DNA of 64,000 bases from assembly GCA_017654855.1 (NCBI GenBank), contig CM030334.1, positions 3,224,001 to 3,288,000 on the forward strand, in the 5' to 3' direction. The stretch's first letter is position 1. Every line of letters starts with the position of its first letter. Below the pieces are notes generated by a model. That model saw nothing but the letters and a program-made list of their open reading frames with translations, was not told the DNA's origin and ran no database searches. Of the stretch, positions 1 through 13,284 are shown piece by piece. This DNA comes from Podospora anserina (lineage: Eukaryota). The position numbers and the translations under genes were made by a program.

Positions 1-1586
1 TGAAACCGGCCCTAGTGAGTGAGTCCTATGGAGACGACGGACTGTTGCGGGGTTTATAGTTTTCCGATGAAAACTGTCGAACTTTTTATCGATGCGCTGA
101 CTTCGCGGAGGGGTGCGGCAGCGCTAAACGCGACCTCCCATTGCAGGCGCGAAGCTCTCTGGAAGGGTTGAGGGTATCTGGCCGGGCAGTGGGCCGCGTA
201 TTGCCGAGCAGTCTTGTCTTGTCTTCGCCGCCGTCGAGCAGCGGGAGAGTAGGTGAAGAAGAGAAGAGAAAAAAAAGGGGGGAGGAAGGGCGGAAAGGCG
301 GGAAGGGGTGGCTCTCAGGGAAAGGGAAAAGGAGAGACAAGAGTGTGTGAGTGATGAAGATGTCTGGCTGGCTGGCTGGCTGTCTGGCTGTCGGGAGTGT
401 CCTGTTCAAGGATGGATGCGCGAGGGTGCAGGCAAGGTAAGCGTGCTGCCGCAGCTGCTTTAGGAGGGTTGAAGTGTGGGAGCGGGGAAGGCACGTTACT
501 CGTTAGTGGCTGGATCCTGGCCAGGCTAGCCGAAGGGTCAAGTCACGCTGAAGACCGCAGGAGAGACGAGAGAGAGACCTGAAGGCTCGAAAGGTTGTGT
601 GTGGTTTGGTTAATGAAGATGATGCTGTGGCAAAACGCCGTAGGATTTAAGTTTAGAGTCCCTCGATGATGCCTGCCCCCAGGTTCCGGGAATGGAATTG
701 AGAGATTGCTCAAGAGGTCTCGTGCCGGGCGTAGTCTTTTGTTAGTGGCTCCAGTCAAGAAACTCGAAGCCCCAGCACCGCCCGTGAGACAAAGAACTAT
801 CCACTGCGCGATGGACTACTGTTGGGTGGGCATCCCAGCTCGCGGAAGAGAGGAATTATAGAAGATACCGTGGGTACGTAGGTATTGTGATGAACTCAAG
901 TGGCAGGGAAGGGGACAAGACAGGGACGACAAGAGACGATGGGAGGGAGACAAGGGTTGGGTGCTAGAAGGGTCTAGGTCCCCGATTGGAGCAACCAAGC
1001 CAGTGCGGAGTGTTTCGACAGACACCAAGAGATGGAAGCCCGGCCGGTGACGGTGTTGATGTTGTGCTGTGGTTGTGGTTGTGGTCGTGGCCGTGTTCAA
1101 TGGCTAGAGATGCATGGAAGATGCAGCCAGATGGGGTGGAAACGGGGAGCTCTCTTTCTTTTTTGGTGGGGTGGTAGCATGGGTCAAACAATTTGATGTT
1201 GACGCTAGAATGTCTGTTAACGTGGTACCTGCTGCACCTTCAACCTCGATCCTACCCGCCCCTTTCCCCGCGGACAACCCGAATACCACCAATGCCACAA
1301 ACAACGACCCAAGGTAGAGATGTTCCGTCTACGCAGTAGGTATGGCGAGAGTGTCCCGTGGTGGTGAGGGCAACTCAGAAAGTGCAGTGGGGTTCTGGGC
1401 GATCAGGGTTCCCGATAGTGATGCGTTTGGTCTGGACGAAAGAGGTTAGCCCAGTGTCGAGCTCTGTCAAGGCCGACAAGGCGTTTCTTTCATGGGGTTT
1501 CTTTCTTTTTTTCCCCGCCATGCCCAGGGAACACAAATTGCGGGGGGGGTTGTGCCGCCTTATCAACTACTGGACTTCGTAGATTA

Positions 1587-2926
1587 GGGTCAACTAACTA
1601 TTACCCGTCTTTATTACCTGGCCATTCCTGAGTAGGTAAACTGAGATTTTCGATTTATTAAAAAAGAATCAAGCGTTAAATAATTTAATGTAACTTACTC
1701 TATAATCTGACTCAATATAGTTATTGAAGGTTATGTCTCATACAGAGCTATAAGCTTTGTTTAGACACGCACTTACAGTGCTCGCATTAGTGGAAGACTT
1801 AATATCTAGTATCTATAGTTTACTATTGAAGCTTATAGCTACAGCGCCTTCCAACGCTAAGCAATAGAGTTATAGAGAGTAAATTTCTGTAGTTAGAGTG
1901 ATTTGTCTGCTATATACCAACTTTGACTTTGTAGTAAGGTTCATACTCGACTTTTATTGTATACCTCCAAGGGCCTCACAGTGCTTCGTATACTACAATA
2001 GGCAGATAAACTAGAGTTCAGCTTAGCAAGCTTTAATTTAGCTGCGTTTTGTTAAAAGAATATGTGCTTATGGCTATATAAAGCAGGGCAAATTTAGTTA
2101 CTAGCCTATCGAAAGTGTAGGTTACTGTAGGTCGATTAGCCCGCAAGTTGTTCCAGGCACTTACAGGGCCTTAAATGGCCTAAATATAAAATTTAGGCTA
2201 TTTTAATCTATTATAGCAGCAGATACAGAGCTTTGCAGTAGCCTGCTCTACTGAGTAGATACTTTGTGAAGTATTAAGTAAGCGCTAGATGGGTACTAGA
2301 TAGGCACTAAATAGTGCGGAGTAGGTATCAAATGGGTGCTAGAAGAGCATGTGATGGGTGCTGGATAGGTATGCTATGAGATACTTTTGCCTTGTGTAAC
2401 GCTTTTGTTAGGGCTGCTGCTACAAAATATTACAGCAGTAACTTACTGTAAAATAAGCCTAACGGGAACCCATTTTAACAACGGATATTTAGAGTTAAAA
2501 TTAAAATAAAGAGTTTATATAAAAAATATACAATTAACTTAAAATATTTCAATTAAATATATTGCATAATTAACATCACTATTAAAACTTACTAAATATA
2601 ATAGTTAATCCCGCTTTTTTAAGTTACTATTTTTTCTCAAATTTAAAAGTTTAAATCATAAAAATATTTAATTTTTATTTTTTAATAAAGTATTTAATAA
2701 TAATTGAAATATATTTCGGAAATAAATACTATAGTTTATAAACCTTAAAAATATAAATGAAAAAATTAAAGAAGCTTCAATTAAATAGTAAATTACAAAT
2801 AAATATCTTAAAGTTTACCAGTACGTTACTATTTTGATATTTATTAAGCGTAAGGCTTAGAAAAATTCTGAACTTGCCGACCCCGGAGTGGTTAGGTGAC
2901 AGAGAGGAGGTAATGGTCAGTTCACC
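1587..2926. mobile_element. RIP-degraded DNA transposon relic with ~60-bp imperfect terminal inverted repeats, flanked by TA
   Basis: Abrupt AT-rich, TpA-rich island. The left end 1587-1650 (GGGTCAACTAACTATTACCCGTCTTTATTACCTGGCCATTCCTGAGTAGGTAAACTGAGATTTT) aligns to the reverse complement of ~2861-2926 (GGTGAACTGACCATTACCTCCTCTCTGTCACCTAACCACTCCGGGGTCGGCAAGTTCAGAATTTT), mostly with transition mismatches. TA at 1585-1586 and 2927-2928. No intact ORF. Confidence 0.7.
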
Positions 2927-4964
2927 TACATGTGTAGACGAAATGTGGGGAAGACGTCGGTAATGCAACGGCGGTTTGGCTGGATATAGCACAGGTCTGA
3001 TATACTAGAGGAATGCAGGGAAAGGGGGGGTCCCTCCGTCCCGTCCTTGGTGTGCGGCGCTTTTGCAGGAATTTCGTCTCGAGTCTTGTTCGTCGGGATT
3101 CAGATCATGATCGCCTCGCCTCAGTCAGTGGAGATATATAGGTTGGATGGGCAGTGCTGGTGACACCCGCTGTCAGCTTTTCTGCTTGCTTCTCAAGATT
3201 CACCGTCTTGTCTTGAGATATCTTGACATAAACATCAGCATGGGCTGTGAGTGGAGGATCGGGAAATGCAATTGCTCTCTCGCGCCGCCCGAGTGCATGA
3301 TTGATTTTCTGTCTCGTTGCTGCAGCAGGCTCGAAACGGCCCTGTCGATGCAGCTCAAGGGAAGGGAGGTTCACCGAGCTCAGTGGTTCCTTCCACTCAC
3401 GAGACCTCAATCTGCTTCACCGGGATTCCAAGCTTTTTTTCCTCTCATCCAGCTTCCCCATCGCCTCATTGACCAACCCCAGCTCTCTCTCTCCCTCTCT
3501 CTCCCGCGGTCTGGATGCCCGTCGAATCACGCGAATATGTGCGTATGGCCTATGGCCAGCAACAAGTCTTGATGCAGGAATGCCGCATGCTGCTGTGCAA
3601 CCCACGGAGGAAGGATTGGCTTCGTTGAAGAAGGCTGCCCCCAGTGCCCCGCTCTCTCTAGGTCTCTCTCGTGTCTTACGCTGTCGCTGTCTAACATCCA
3701 TTTTGACGAAGAGGGTCTAACGGCCACCAAGACACATCACGCGGACCCCATGCTCGACGTTGAACCCGCACCCAAAGGTCAACTCTTAACACCAGCAAAA
3801 AGCCAGAGGGCAGTTCGCGCAAGAAGCTATGGCCATTTTTGCCTCCCCAACCACGACCTAGAAGCTCTGACGATCGAGATCCCAAAAAGATACAATCGTC
3901 ATATCTCAGTCACAAACAGGAGAGAGTCCTTCAAGAGGACATAAGTCAACTGACGATCAGCAAAGCCCCTGCATTGCATACCTCACCTACATACATACCA
4001 TGAGGAAAAGGCCCAAGCCCCTACCCTTGAGGGGACGCGGCTGGGGGTTGTACTTTCATCAGCCTAAATTGTTTCTCGAATGGGGCGGGCCCTTCGAGTG
4101 TGCTTCTTCTTCTCTGTTGAGGTGATGAGAGCGGGAAACCCCAGATTTCAATTTCCCCTAGGTTACTACCCCCCTGTCGCCACCACCAACCCCGACCCCT
4201 CCATTGATGAACCACAGACGTCAGTTGAACAAAGCTGGGACCCCGCGGGAGAGAGACGCCACGGCGGTTCGAGTTCTTATCAGAAAGAAACTACCCCGCT
4301 AAAAAGTTCACTTTTGACAGCAGGGCATCGTTTCTGCTGGGATCCGGCCTGGATTTGTTTTCCGCCCTTTCAAAGGGGAGGGGGGGTCGCTTTACCCCGG
4401 ATTTCTCGTTCGATCTGGATGTCACTTGTTGCTGTGAAAGTCTCACCAGCAAGCTTCTGCCATGCCATAATAGAATATGGGTTTTGTTTGTGTTTTGCAC
4501 GCGACATTTCCCAGATGCTTCCCTGAACGGCTGGGAAAGGCGAGCTCACGCCCTGATGCAAGTCGAAGCATCGAGAAGGACGACCGATCCCCTTTGAGGT
4601 CGTCGTCACCGAGGGATGATTTCATTATTGCCTCTTGGTAGATCTATGCAAGTTGCTTTGCCCACCGGTCTGGAGGTTTCGACGACGCCACGATATTGCT
4701 ACCCACACATGCTGCCACAGTGCTACTACATACATACAACGCTCTCTCTTTTTGGGGTAACGAGGTTGGGGATGATGATGATCACTTCCCTTTGGTGATT
4801 TCTCCAGCTGCAATTCGGGGCAAGACATGTTTGCGTTGACGGCAATTACACCACACGGCCTTCCAATTCTCCGCGTAACTCACCTGCCAGGTAATCACGC
4901 CGCCGGTCACGCCGAGAGTAAGCAAGTAGGAAGACGTAAACGGACGGATGCGGGGCCCTGTCTA

Positions 4965-4966
<2 letters not shown>

Positions 4967-5001
<35 letters not shown>

Positions 5002-5002
5002 G
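4967..5002. repeat. (GTT)n microsatellite
   Basis: About 12 tandem GTT units, intergenic. Confidence 0.95.
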
Positions 5003-5447
5003 ACAAGCGGGCAGGTAGATATAGATGGGCTGACATGCACAGCTCAGTGCCACTGTGTGTTACCTCGACGTATATAGCTCAATGGGATATCAACGTAAAG
5101 GGTCCCGGGACTCGATGGGCCAATCAATCTTCATTAGAACTGTCACAACTCAGTAAATGGCTTCGAGGCAAACCATACTCATCACTGAACTTTGCCGAGG
5201 GCAAGAAACGACTACCTCGACCACCTCTTCCAGAGCTACTTTGTGAAATAACATCTAGATCCGCATAACAGCCACCAGCTTGGCATTTATTTAAATTCTG
5301 CTACATGATATTCAGCAGCATACATGATATCTCTATTTCCAGCATTTTACACGAGCATACAAGACTCCCCCGTCCACACCATTAGGTCAATAAGCTTTTT
5401 TGAAACCACCTATTCATACAACCTATAACTTCCTGCATTCCCAGATC

Positions 5448-6480
5448 TTAACCAGGCACACTATCCAACCCACCCTTCCCACTCGACTCGGGAACAGCTC
5501 CCTTTTGCGCCTTGAGCTTCTCCTCAAACTTGGCAAACTCCTTGATGGCGATTTCCTCCTCTTCGTCAAGCACCTGTTCCACGCCCTGAACTTCCTCAAT
5601 CTTTTGCGTTCTCATGTCAGCAATTGCTCCTGGAAAGTGTGCCAATAGCATAAAAACTCACATAATGCATCAACATGCCCTCAATCCCATTCTTGAGCGT
5701 AACCGTGCTCGAATCACAAGTCCTGCACGCGCCCCTGAGTTTCAACATGACGATGCCATTCTCGAAACCCCTGAATTCGATATCCCCTCCATCTTCCTGA
5801 ATCGCTGGGCGGATCCTCGTTTCCAAGAGCTCCTTGATCATGCCAACGACTTCACTGTCGTTTTCGTCGTATTCTAGACTGTCCCTTTCCCCGGATTCCT
5901 GCTCTTGCTCTGCTGTGGACGGGGAGGAGGCAGATTGCTGGGAGATGTTGACAAGGGGCTGGCCGGAGGTGATGGCTTCGGTGATGAGGGAGAAGATCTC
6001 GGGGCGAATGTGGGCCCAGACGGCGTCGGCGGATTTGGTGACTGTTATAAAGTCTTGGCCGTAAAAGACCGAGGTGACGCCGTCGACGTTCATGAGGTTT
6101 GCGGCGAGGGGGGAAGGGTATGGGGGGGAGATGGTGGAGCGGGGGGAGAGGTATTCTACGAAGGGGGTGGAGATGGACTCGGGGAGGACAGGGTGGTTGG
6201 GGAGGAATTTGAGGGAGTTGGCATTGGGGGTTGGTTCGGTTTGGATGAAGATGGTGCGCTTAGGCTGCTGGGGAGAGGGTGTTGTTGGGTGCCATGATTG
6301 GGGTTGGAGACGGGGGCGGAGGCCGGAGGTGGTGGTGTGGGCTGCTCGGCGGGGAGGTTGTTGTGATGGTGGTTGGTGCCGGAGACGGAGGAGGGATGTG
6401 GTTGTTCGGCGGCGGGCGGCGGCCGAGGAGGGTTGCGCTACTAGAGGCGCGATGCCTCGTAGGAGCTTGGTTGATGGCAT
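5448..6480 (-). CDS. NFU1: Mitochondrial Fe-S cluster scaffold/carrier NFU1
   Basis: Exons 6480-5662 and 5600-5448; intron 5661-5601 GTGAGT..GCTGAC..AAG. Arg/Ser-rich presequence, then IFIQTEPTPNANSLKF, the NifU-C motif IRPAIQEDGGDIEF..LRGACRTCDSSTVTLKNGIE, and MHY|IEEVQGVEQ. Confidence 0.95.
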
Positions 6481-7203
6481 GGTGTGCTGATTCCCTACGG
6501 GCGCGAAATATAGATTGTGTTGAGATAGAGTAAGATGGGCTCGGTTGGTCTCGTCGTCAAGTCTGAAATTATGGAGGGGCCGAAAGATTGCCGGACGAGA
6601 CCCGGCGGCGGGATGGCTGACAAAACAGTTTGTTCTGAGTTGATCCGCTAAAATATTTGCTGCGTCATAGGTCTCGGCGCTGGGCCCACTTTATTTTGAA
6701 CCCTGCCTGTCACTTTATCTGGACTTTCAACATCTGGAGAAGGGTAATGTGAATAAAGCATCCAAACGTACATGTCTGTCTCGTCCTTTATGAGACTTCC
6801 GTACACATAATCATAGCATGCCGTCTGTTAGATACTAGTTGAGGTCCCAGTGCCAGTCAGTGTACCGCAGTAAGTGAAGCTCTAGTTACCGCACAGTATC
6901 CACACAGTCTAGAAAAGCCGTTCCTCTAAATTTCATGTGGGTCGCCGTTGATAGAAAACGCGACCAGTTGCCAATTGGTCGCCCAAACATTCAGCTTCAG
7001 CGAATCACCAGTGTGTAAGGACCTTGCTCGAAGACGCAAGACATCTCACTCTCGAAAGGATTGTTCTAATCGTCTCGCCGATCTCGAACCCAGCCGACCT
7101 GGCGAATCACAGACTTCAACTTACAACTTCCACGCTCTCCCACCCGATTGGCGCTCCGTCTCGAACCTCACCTACAGTTTGCGCCAGCACTGAACACACA
7201 ACC

Positions 7204-8204
7204 ATGGCTCAAGACGATGGCGGCATGGCCTCGCCAGGTCTGAACGAAGGCCCCAAGATCACAGAAGTGACAGCACCCACCGCCTCCCCCCAACCATCAC
7301 CATCACCATCAGCAACAACAACCCAACCACCAACCGAACCATCACCAGCAACCCTCGGCGCAGACGAAGAAGAACAAGAAGAACAAGAAGAAGAAGAAGA
7401 AGAAGAAGGAAAAGAAGAAGAAAAAGAAGAAGAAAAAGAAGAAGAAAAAGAAGAAGAAAAAGAAGAAGATGATGACCCCCCTCCGCCCCCAAAACCAGCG
7501 CCAAAACTCTGCGCCGTATGTAACACCCAACCAGGCAAATACAAATGCCCCCGCCCCGGCTGCGCAATGCCATAGTACGTCTCCTTTTCCCGTTCCCACC
7601 ACCTCAACACTAACTCTCTATTCCAGCTGCTCAATCCCCTGCCACAAATCCCACAAATCCAACCACCCCCGACCCTCCCGCCCCAACATCCCAACCCACC
7701 CCCCAAACCACCGCTCCGAATCCCTCTCAGCAAACCAACAACGACCCCTACAAAATCCTCCTCGACCACGCCCACGTCTTCCAGCGCCTAGTAAAGAAAT
7801 ACCCCTCCCTCCCATTCGTCCTCGACTCGATCCACTCCCAGACTTTGCCCCCTCCAACACCATCTTCCAGTACAACAACACCGTCTTTCCTCCAGAACAA
7901 TAACAGGAAAAGAAAAGAACCGCCTTGGTCAAAGGATGTGGGGTTGAGGAAGGGGGCGAGCGCGCTGAAGAAGGCGAGGACGGACCCGACGGATAGGGGG
8001 GATGGGGTGAGGGAGTTTTGTGATGCGGTGCTTTATTTGTTGAGTTTGGGGGAGGAGGAAAAGGGGAAAGGGGATGGAGATGGGGATGGGGATGGGGGGC
8101 CGAGGCCGGTGGCGGAACGGGCGGTTAAGGAGGTTGGTGAGGAGGTTAGGAGGGAGGAGAGGAGGGTTGTGGAGGGCTTGTTGAGGGAGGAGGAGGGGGT
8201 GTGA
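7204..8204 (+). CDS. HIT-type zinc finger protein (Hit1/ZNHIT3-like), apparent frameshift at ~7670
   Basis: Exon 7204-7574, intron 7575-7626 (GTACGT..CTAAC..CAG), giving CAVC..GKYKCPRPGCAMPYCSIPCHKSH (zf-HIT). The protein-like C-terminal part (NDPYKILL..KKYPSL..WSKDVGLRKG..GDGVREFC) is in another frame from 7671 to TGA 8204. Confidence 0.75.
7366..7470 (+). repeat. GAA-based coding repeat (Glu/Lys tract) in the zf-HIT gene
   Basis: GAAGAACAA and GAAGAAGAAAAA units encoding EEQEEQEEEEEEEGKEEEKEEEK. Confidence 0.9.
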
Positions 8205-9043
8205 TTTGTATAAGGGGGGTGTTTGGTTGGTTTACATCATGGTTTTTTTTGGGGGTATAAGGGGTAAGGAAAAAGCATAAGAGGATCTGGGTGGGTTTAT
8301 ATATATAATTTAAGGGGAAGGTAAGGGCACATATCCAGGTGTGTATAGATGTAATATCGGGGGTGGGAGAATATTTACATGTCATGTGTTGATGTCATGT
8401 CGAGGGTGGTATGTGTCTAATCAACACATCGAGGCATGCAGAGAGGTGAAGAGAAGATGCCATAAAAAGCCCCGGTTATCCCGTGGTAGGTGAACTTACA
8501 TTTAACACGTCTGGCATGCACAGTCTGACTAGGCGCACAGGCAGGCAACTCGTCGTTTCCGCGGGCGAACCACACTGGGAGCGTTCAGGGGATGATCAAA
8601 GTTTAAACATCAAATAATATCAATTACCATTAATCTACGGCTTTTCCGCTCTTTTCTCCCCCTCTTTGCCCCCCTCTCCCCCGCCATCCTCTGCCGTTTT
8701 TGAAGTCTAGACCACGTCCTCGCAACAAAAGCAGAAAAGACTAACTGATCAACAGCTACTAGTAAACGGGTACAGCCAACCATTCCGAGCCAGACCAAGC
8801 CAGACCAAGCCAGTACAAGCCAAACCAGAGACATACCAAACCAACGTTTGGTGTAAAATCATGACCATCATCACCAACCACCCTGTGCCATGATATATAT
8901 TTTCCATTCTTTTTCCAGCACACCACCCCAAAAACAAATCCAACCAACCAACCCACACCATTCGCCTACCCTCGACCAAAATTTTATTCAGCCACCCTTC
9001 ACACTCTCTACCCCTAGCCCAGTAAAAAGAGCCGGCGATCTTC

Positions 9044-10387
9044 TCAGCGTTTAAACCTCCCAAAGAAACCCTTCCCACTAGTGGCACTCTTCGCCGAAGT
9101 AGGCGACTTTGCCCCCTTCTCCCCAGCAGCAGCAGGAGGAGGAGGAGGAGGAGGAGGAGGGGGTGAAAGCTCCTCCAGCGCAGGCAACTCCCCACCCCCA
9201 ACAGCCCTAGTAGGACTGGGCAGCATAGTCCCCAATCCCGAACTCAACACCCCCCCATTCTCCCCCCCCGCCCCAGCCCCAGTCGGGCTCGTCACCACCG
9301 ACCCCGACCCCGACCCAGCACTGCTCGAGCTCCCACCCTTCTCCTTACCCTTTGACGACCTCAGCGTGAACAACGAGTCTGCCCTTTTCAGGAGGGGAGA
9401 CAACATGAGTCTGGGGCGGGATGTCCCGGTGGATTTAGTGCGTTCATCAGACTGGGACCAGTCAACCCTGTGCTCTGGGGCGTGGATAGGGAAACGCTGG
9501 AGGGGGGTCGGGTCTTCGGAAGTAGGGGTTGTGGTGTCCTCTGATCCTCCCCCTCCCCCTCCGGGAAGGGTTGGGTTGAGGACGAGCATGGAGCGGCGGC
9601 TGGTGGGCTGCTGGGTTGGGGTTGTATCGGCTGACAAGGGGTCTGCGCCGCCGGTGCTGTTTCTTCTGGGTTGGTGAGAGGGGTAATGACCCGTGAGGGA
9701 GACGCGGTTGTGGTTGGTGTTTAGCCTTGCCAATTCGGCTCTGAAGGTGTGGGACTGTTGTTGGGAGGAAGGGGAGGAGGTTGATGGCCCGGAAGGGGGA
9801 GGTTGACGTTGTTGACGCTCCCACTCCAAGGCACGGTCACGCTCTGCTTGGGACTGGCGGAGTTGGCGGGCGAGGTCGGCCGGGGTGGTGGAGGCGATGG
9901 GGTCACCCTCGCGGTTGGAGTCTTTGTGGTATCTGTGGGCTCGCTTGGAGAGTTGGTGGATGAAGTCGTTGGAGCGCATTTGCTCGACGGTGGTGGTGCG
10001 GGTGAACTGGCGGGCGGCTTCTTTGGGGACATAGTGATCGTCTGTCGACCGGGGTTCTGGGTGCTGGGAGGAGGTGGAGGTGTTGGCCTGGGAGGGTCTT
10101 TGTCTGCTGTGGTCTGAGCATCTGGGGTCTGCTTGTGTTTTTGATGACTGTGACTGTCCATGTCTGCTGCTCTGATGCTCCCGGCGATAACGGCTCTGCT
10201 GCTCGGCCCTCCGCTGCCTTCGTTTCTCATGTTCTTCCTGCTCGGCCAGGACCAGCAACAACCGACGGGTAAGATCCTCTGGATCAAGCTGTCCCTCCAC
10301 ATGCTTGGAAGAGGGCTTGCTCGGCCCCCCAAATCCTCGAGGGACAGCGCCCTGCTGCGCCCTCGAGTAGCCCATCTTGAACTGCAT
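9044..10387 (-). CDS. Hypothetical low-complexity, probably disordered protein
   Basis: Long ORF; likely start at MQFKMGYSR (ATG 10387 or 10375). Has motif-like islands (LDPEDLTRRL, HYVPKEAARQFTRTTT, HRVDWSQSDE) and a basic C-terminus GFFGRFKR. No recognised domain. Confidence 0.7.
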   Translation of the reverse strand: MQFKMGYSRAQQGAVPRGFGGPSKPSSKHVEGQLDPEDLTRRLLLVLAEQEEHEKRRQRRAEQQSRYRREHQSSRHGQSQSSKTQADPRCSDHSRQRPSQANTSTSSQHPEPRSTDDHYVPKEAARQFTRTTTVEQMRSNDFIHQLSKRAHRYHKDSNREGDPIASTTPADLARQLRQSQAERDRALEWERQQRQPPPSGPSTSSPSSQQQSHTFRAELARLNTNHNRVSLTGHYPSHQPRRNSTGGADPLSADTTPTQQPTSRRSMLVLNPTLPGGGGGGSEDTTTPTSEDPTPLQRFPIHAPEHRVDWSQSDERTKSTGTSRPRLMLSPLLKRADSLFTLRSSKGKEKGGSSSSAGSGSGSVVTSPTGAGAGGENGGVLSSGLGTMLPSPTRAVGGGELPALEELSPPPPPPPPPPAAAGEKGAKSPTSAKSATSGKGFFGRFKR

Positions 10388-13284
10388 TCCCTGGTGACAG
10401 AGCGTTGACGGGGAGAGGGGTGGGAAAACCAGATCACAGCCAACCTTTCCGAGATTCTGCTGGAAATAGAGTTGGCCCACGGTTGAAAGTAAAGTTACGC
10501 CTTGCGGTCCCTCCCAGGTTTGTGGTCTGCGGGGTTCCTTGCGGATAGTGAGTGGTATCTCCGTCCTGGTTTGTGTCGCTTGGCAAACTTTGGCTCGCTC
10601 CGTTGTGAGAGGCGAGGGCTGGTGTCTTAGACACGCACACTGACACGATATGAATAAAAACCCCAAGACTACACTCCGGAAAAGTGCTGGCGAGGGGGGA
10701 TGCTCTCTATGTAATGTATTCGCAAAGTCACTCGGTAGATGGACAAGAGAATCCACCCGGGCGGCAACTCTCCCCCTCCCATCCCCCCTTTGGAACCCTC
10801 CCCCTGCAGAAATGCAGCCAGGGTTGCAAGGCCACTGGACCGTTGGAATGTCGGACAAGGTGTTCCCTTGATTCAGCAGGTCGGACCAGAGAGACACCTA
10901 CAGTAGTACAGAAGTATAAGCACGAAAGCGTGTGAGGAGAGAGGTCGAGGATGATCAGATGCCGAATTGGCTTTTTCCCTCTCTTTTGAATCCTTGTGAA
11001 CGGGCGCCTCCGCGTCTGGCTGGACCAGCTCCTGTTGCAGCGGTGCAAGGTAGTGCCGTCAGGGGTCCGGTTCAAAATGGTCATTTGACTTTGGGCTAGT
11101 GATCAAAATATGGTAAAAGAGGCACACCTCGCCTCGCCCCCGAGAGGCACCTTTCGGGCGTCCAGCTTGGGGGGCATATGTAAGAACAAGCCCGACACTT
11201 GCAGCACGCTTGCTTGCTTGCTTGCTTGCTTTGCCACGAGTCGTTGTATCACCTTCACTTGAAGAGCAGCAAGAAAAAAAGAATGGATGGGACGAGGCCT
11301 TTTACCCGCCATGAGACAAAAGGCCGAGGATGGGTTGTGACTTATGACGGGGGGCACTGGGCAATGTGCCAAGGGCGTAAAAGGGCACGACACTTGCCCG
11401 ATCAGGTTTGAGCAAACCAAGGTTCCTCTCTCTCTCTCATATTGACCGGGGGTTGCGAGATCGTGATTTGATCGAAAAGACGTGACCAGCCGGTCTCGGC
11501 CTGGCGTTCAGGACGCTTTTTTTTTATTTTATTTTTTTACATAAACAGGGCCAGGGCACGCCGTTGGTGTTGACCCCATCGACAAACCGACAAAGGCCTC
11601 GCCTGCTCCATGCTCGGTCTCCGCTCCCCAGCTTTTGGTGGTGACGATCCCTGTCAGAACCCCAGATCCCCAGATGGGAGCGGGGCGGGCCTGCCGGTCA
11701 TCCACAAGGGCCGGAAGGGTCCGGGGAAAAAAGACCGGACCCACGGTTCGTCCGGATCTGAGTGTTGACAAGAGACAAAACAGAGACAGTTTTCACCGGT
11801 GAGATTTGCTGTGAAACCTATGATGGACACTGTCAGGATGCCACGCATGGGATTGTCCCTTCGTGATCCGGGACAAGCGGCAGCAGTGCGGCGGCAGAGG
11901 GTTGGAGTGACGCTTCGCGGGAGTTTCTGACACTTGAAGGTGAGATTTCCAATATTGCCATCCAACAAGACTTTTGAACTTTGAAGAGCCCCTGAGCTCA
12001 GCTGCGCCCAAACAGAGAGCTGCCACGCCGAATGGGAAATTGGATTTGATAGCGACTGTTCAATGTTGGGTTGCGTGGGGGGTGCTTTGCGATGGTGGTT
12101 GGAGGCCGTTGTTGAGAGTCAAGAGGGGGACTCAAGAGGTTAACAAAGTCGAGTTAAGTCTCCTAAGAAATTGATACGATAGCACTCGGCTGCATGATTT
12201 GTGTAACCGCGCCATATGTTGTGTCTCTGTCGTTTGGAAGCAAAAAGCAAATTGTTCGAAGCGAAGGTCCAGTGCCGGCCCCAGTTTTTGATCTTATCAG
12301 ATCTCCCCTTTGCTATGATATGCATGGAGATTGTTGCGACCAGTCCGCTGACTAACAACCACAGCAGGATCTTAAAGTCAGTATCATATCGACAAGCAAA
12401 CAACTCAACAACCCATCAATGGGTGTTTGCTGGCAGTTGACCTCGACGCTGATCAGTCGCCGGGCCGTGCCCTTCCACCGACAAGCACCGGGCGCAAACC
12501 CCACCAGGTCCGTCAAAAGTCCCGTTGGAAACTCAATTGCCAGTTGGCTTCCAGGTTATCCAGAGGGCCATCACCGTGCTTGGTACCATGGATCAAGAGG
12601 TCAAAGACGACAGCAGCCAAGCACCGTCTGCAGGGGGGAGGCAGGCAGTGAGTGAGTGGGTGACAGACAGTGCTCTGAAATGGCAGATGGCCCCGCTGAC
12701 GGGACACCTAACGGGCAGGGGGACAGCTTTTGGCTATTACTTGAAGCAAAGAAAGCTACCTTAGCTACGATAATACTCGGCAGTGTATAGTATAGCTTGA
12801 GCTCAAAAAGACTCGGTACCTGTCTGAATCTATCACCGCTTCTGCTTACAATCCGACCCTTTCGGAAGCGACCGTTGCTAGCTGCGACGCTACGGACTGA
12901 GCCAAGCACTGTTTCGGGTCGGCAGCCTGCCAAGATCACGGCGTTTGCTCCCAAAGAGCTGTGCCCTGCTCCTACTCCCGCCGCCTCCGCCCTGGCTTCG
13001 TGGGACTCGCTCTCACCCCAAAGGACCCCAACAAGTGCCCCAAAGAGAGGACCCTGACAAGGAGCCCCATCCAGACCCCGACCCGACCGACGAACGAGAA
13101 CGACACAAGAGACATCCTCCATCTGATTTGTTTGCGCCTCGATAATAAGAAGCCCTCCTTTGCCTCCCGGCTCCGTTTTCCCTGTTCCTGTTCCCGTCTT
13201 GTCCGGCTTGCGGCTGCTGGCGACTTGAGATCGCGAAAGTCACTGGTATGCCCTTTTTGTCCACCTTCGTCATGCGAAGAAGCA

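Noticed and set aside
4255-4285. GGTTCGAGT T-loop-like motif (possible tRNA)
   Set aside because: No acceptor stem, D-arm or anticodon arm can be folded around it
8384-8429. 10-bp inverted repeat ATGTGTTGAT/ATCAACACAT between convergent genes
   Set aside because: Too short, with a 26-nt loop; no further support
10388-10897. 170-aa N-terminal extension of the 9044-10897 ORF
   Set aside because: Starts at a non-ATG codon and has UTR-like composition; first convincing ATGs are at 10387 and 10375
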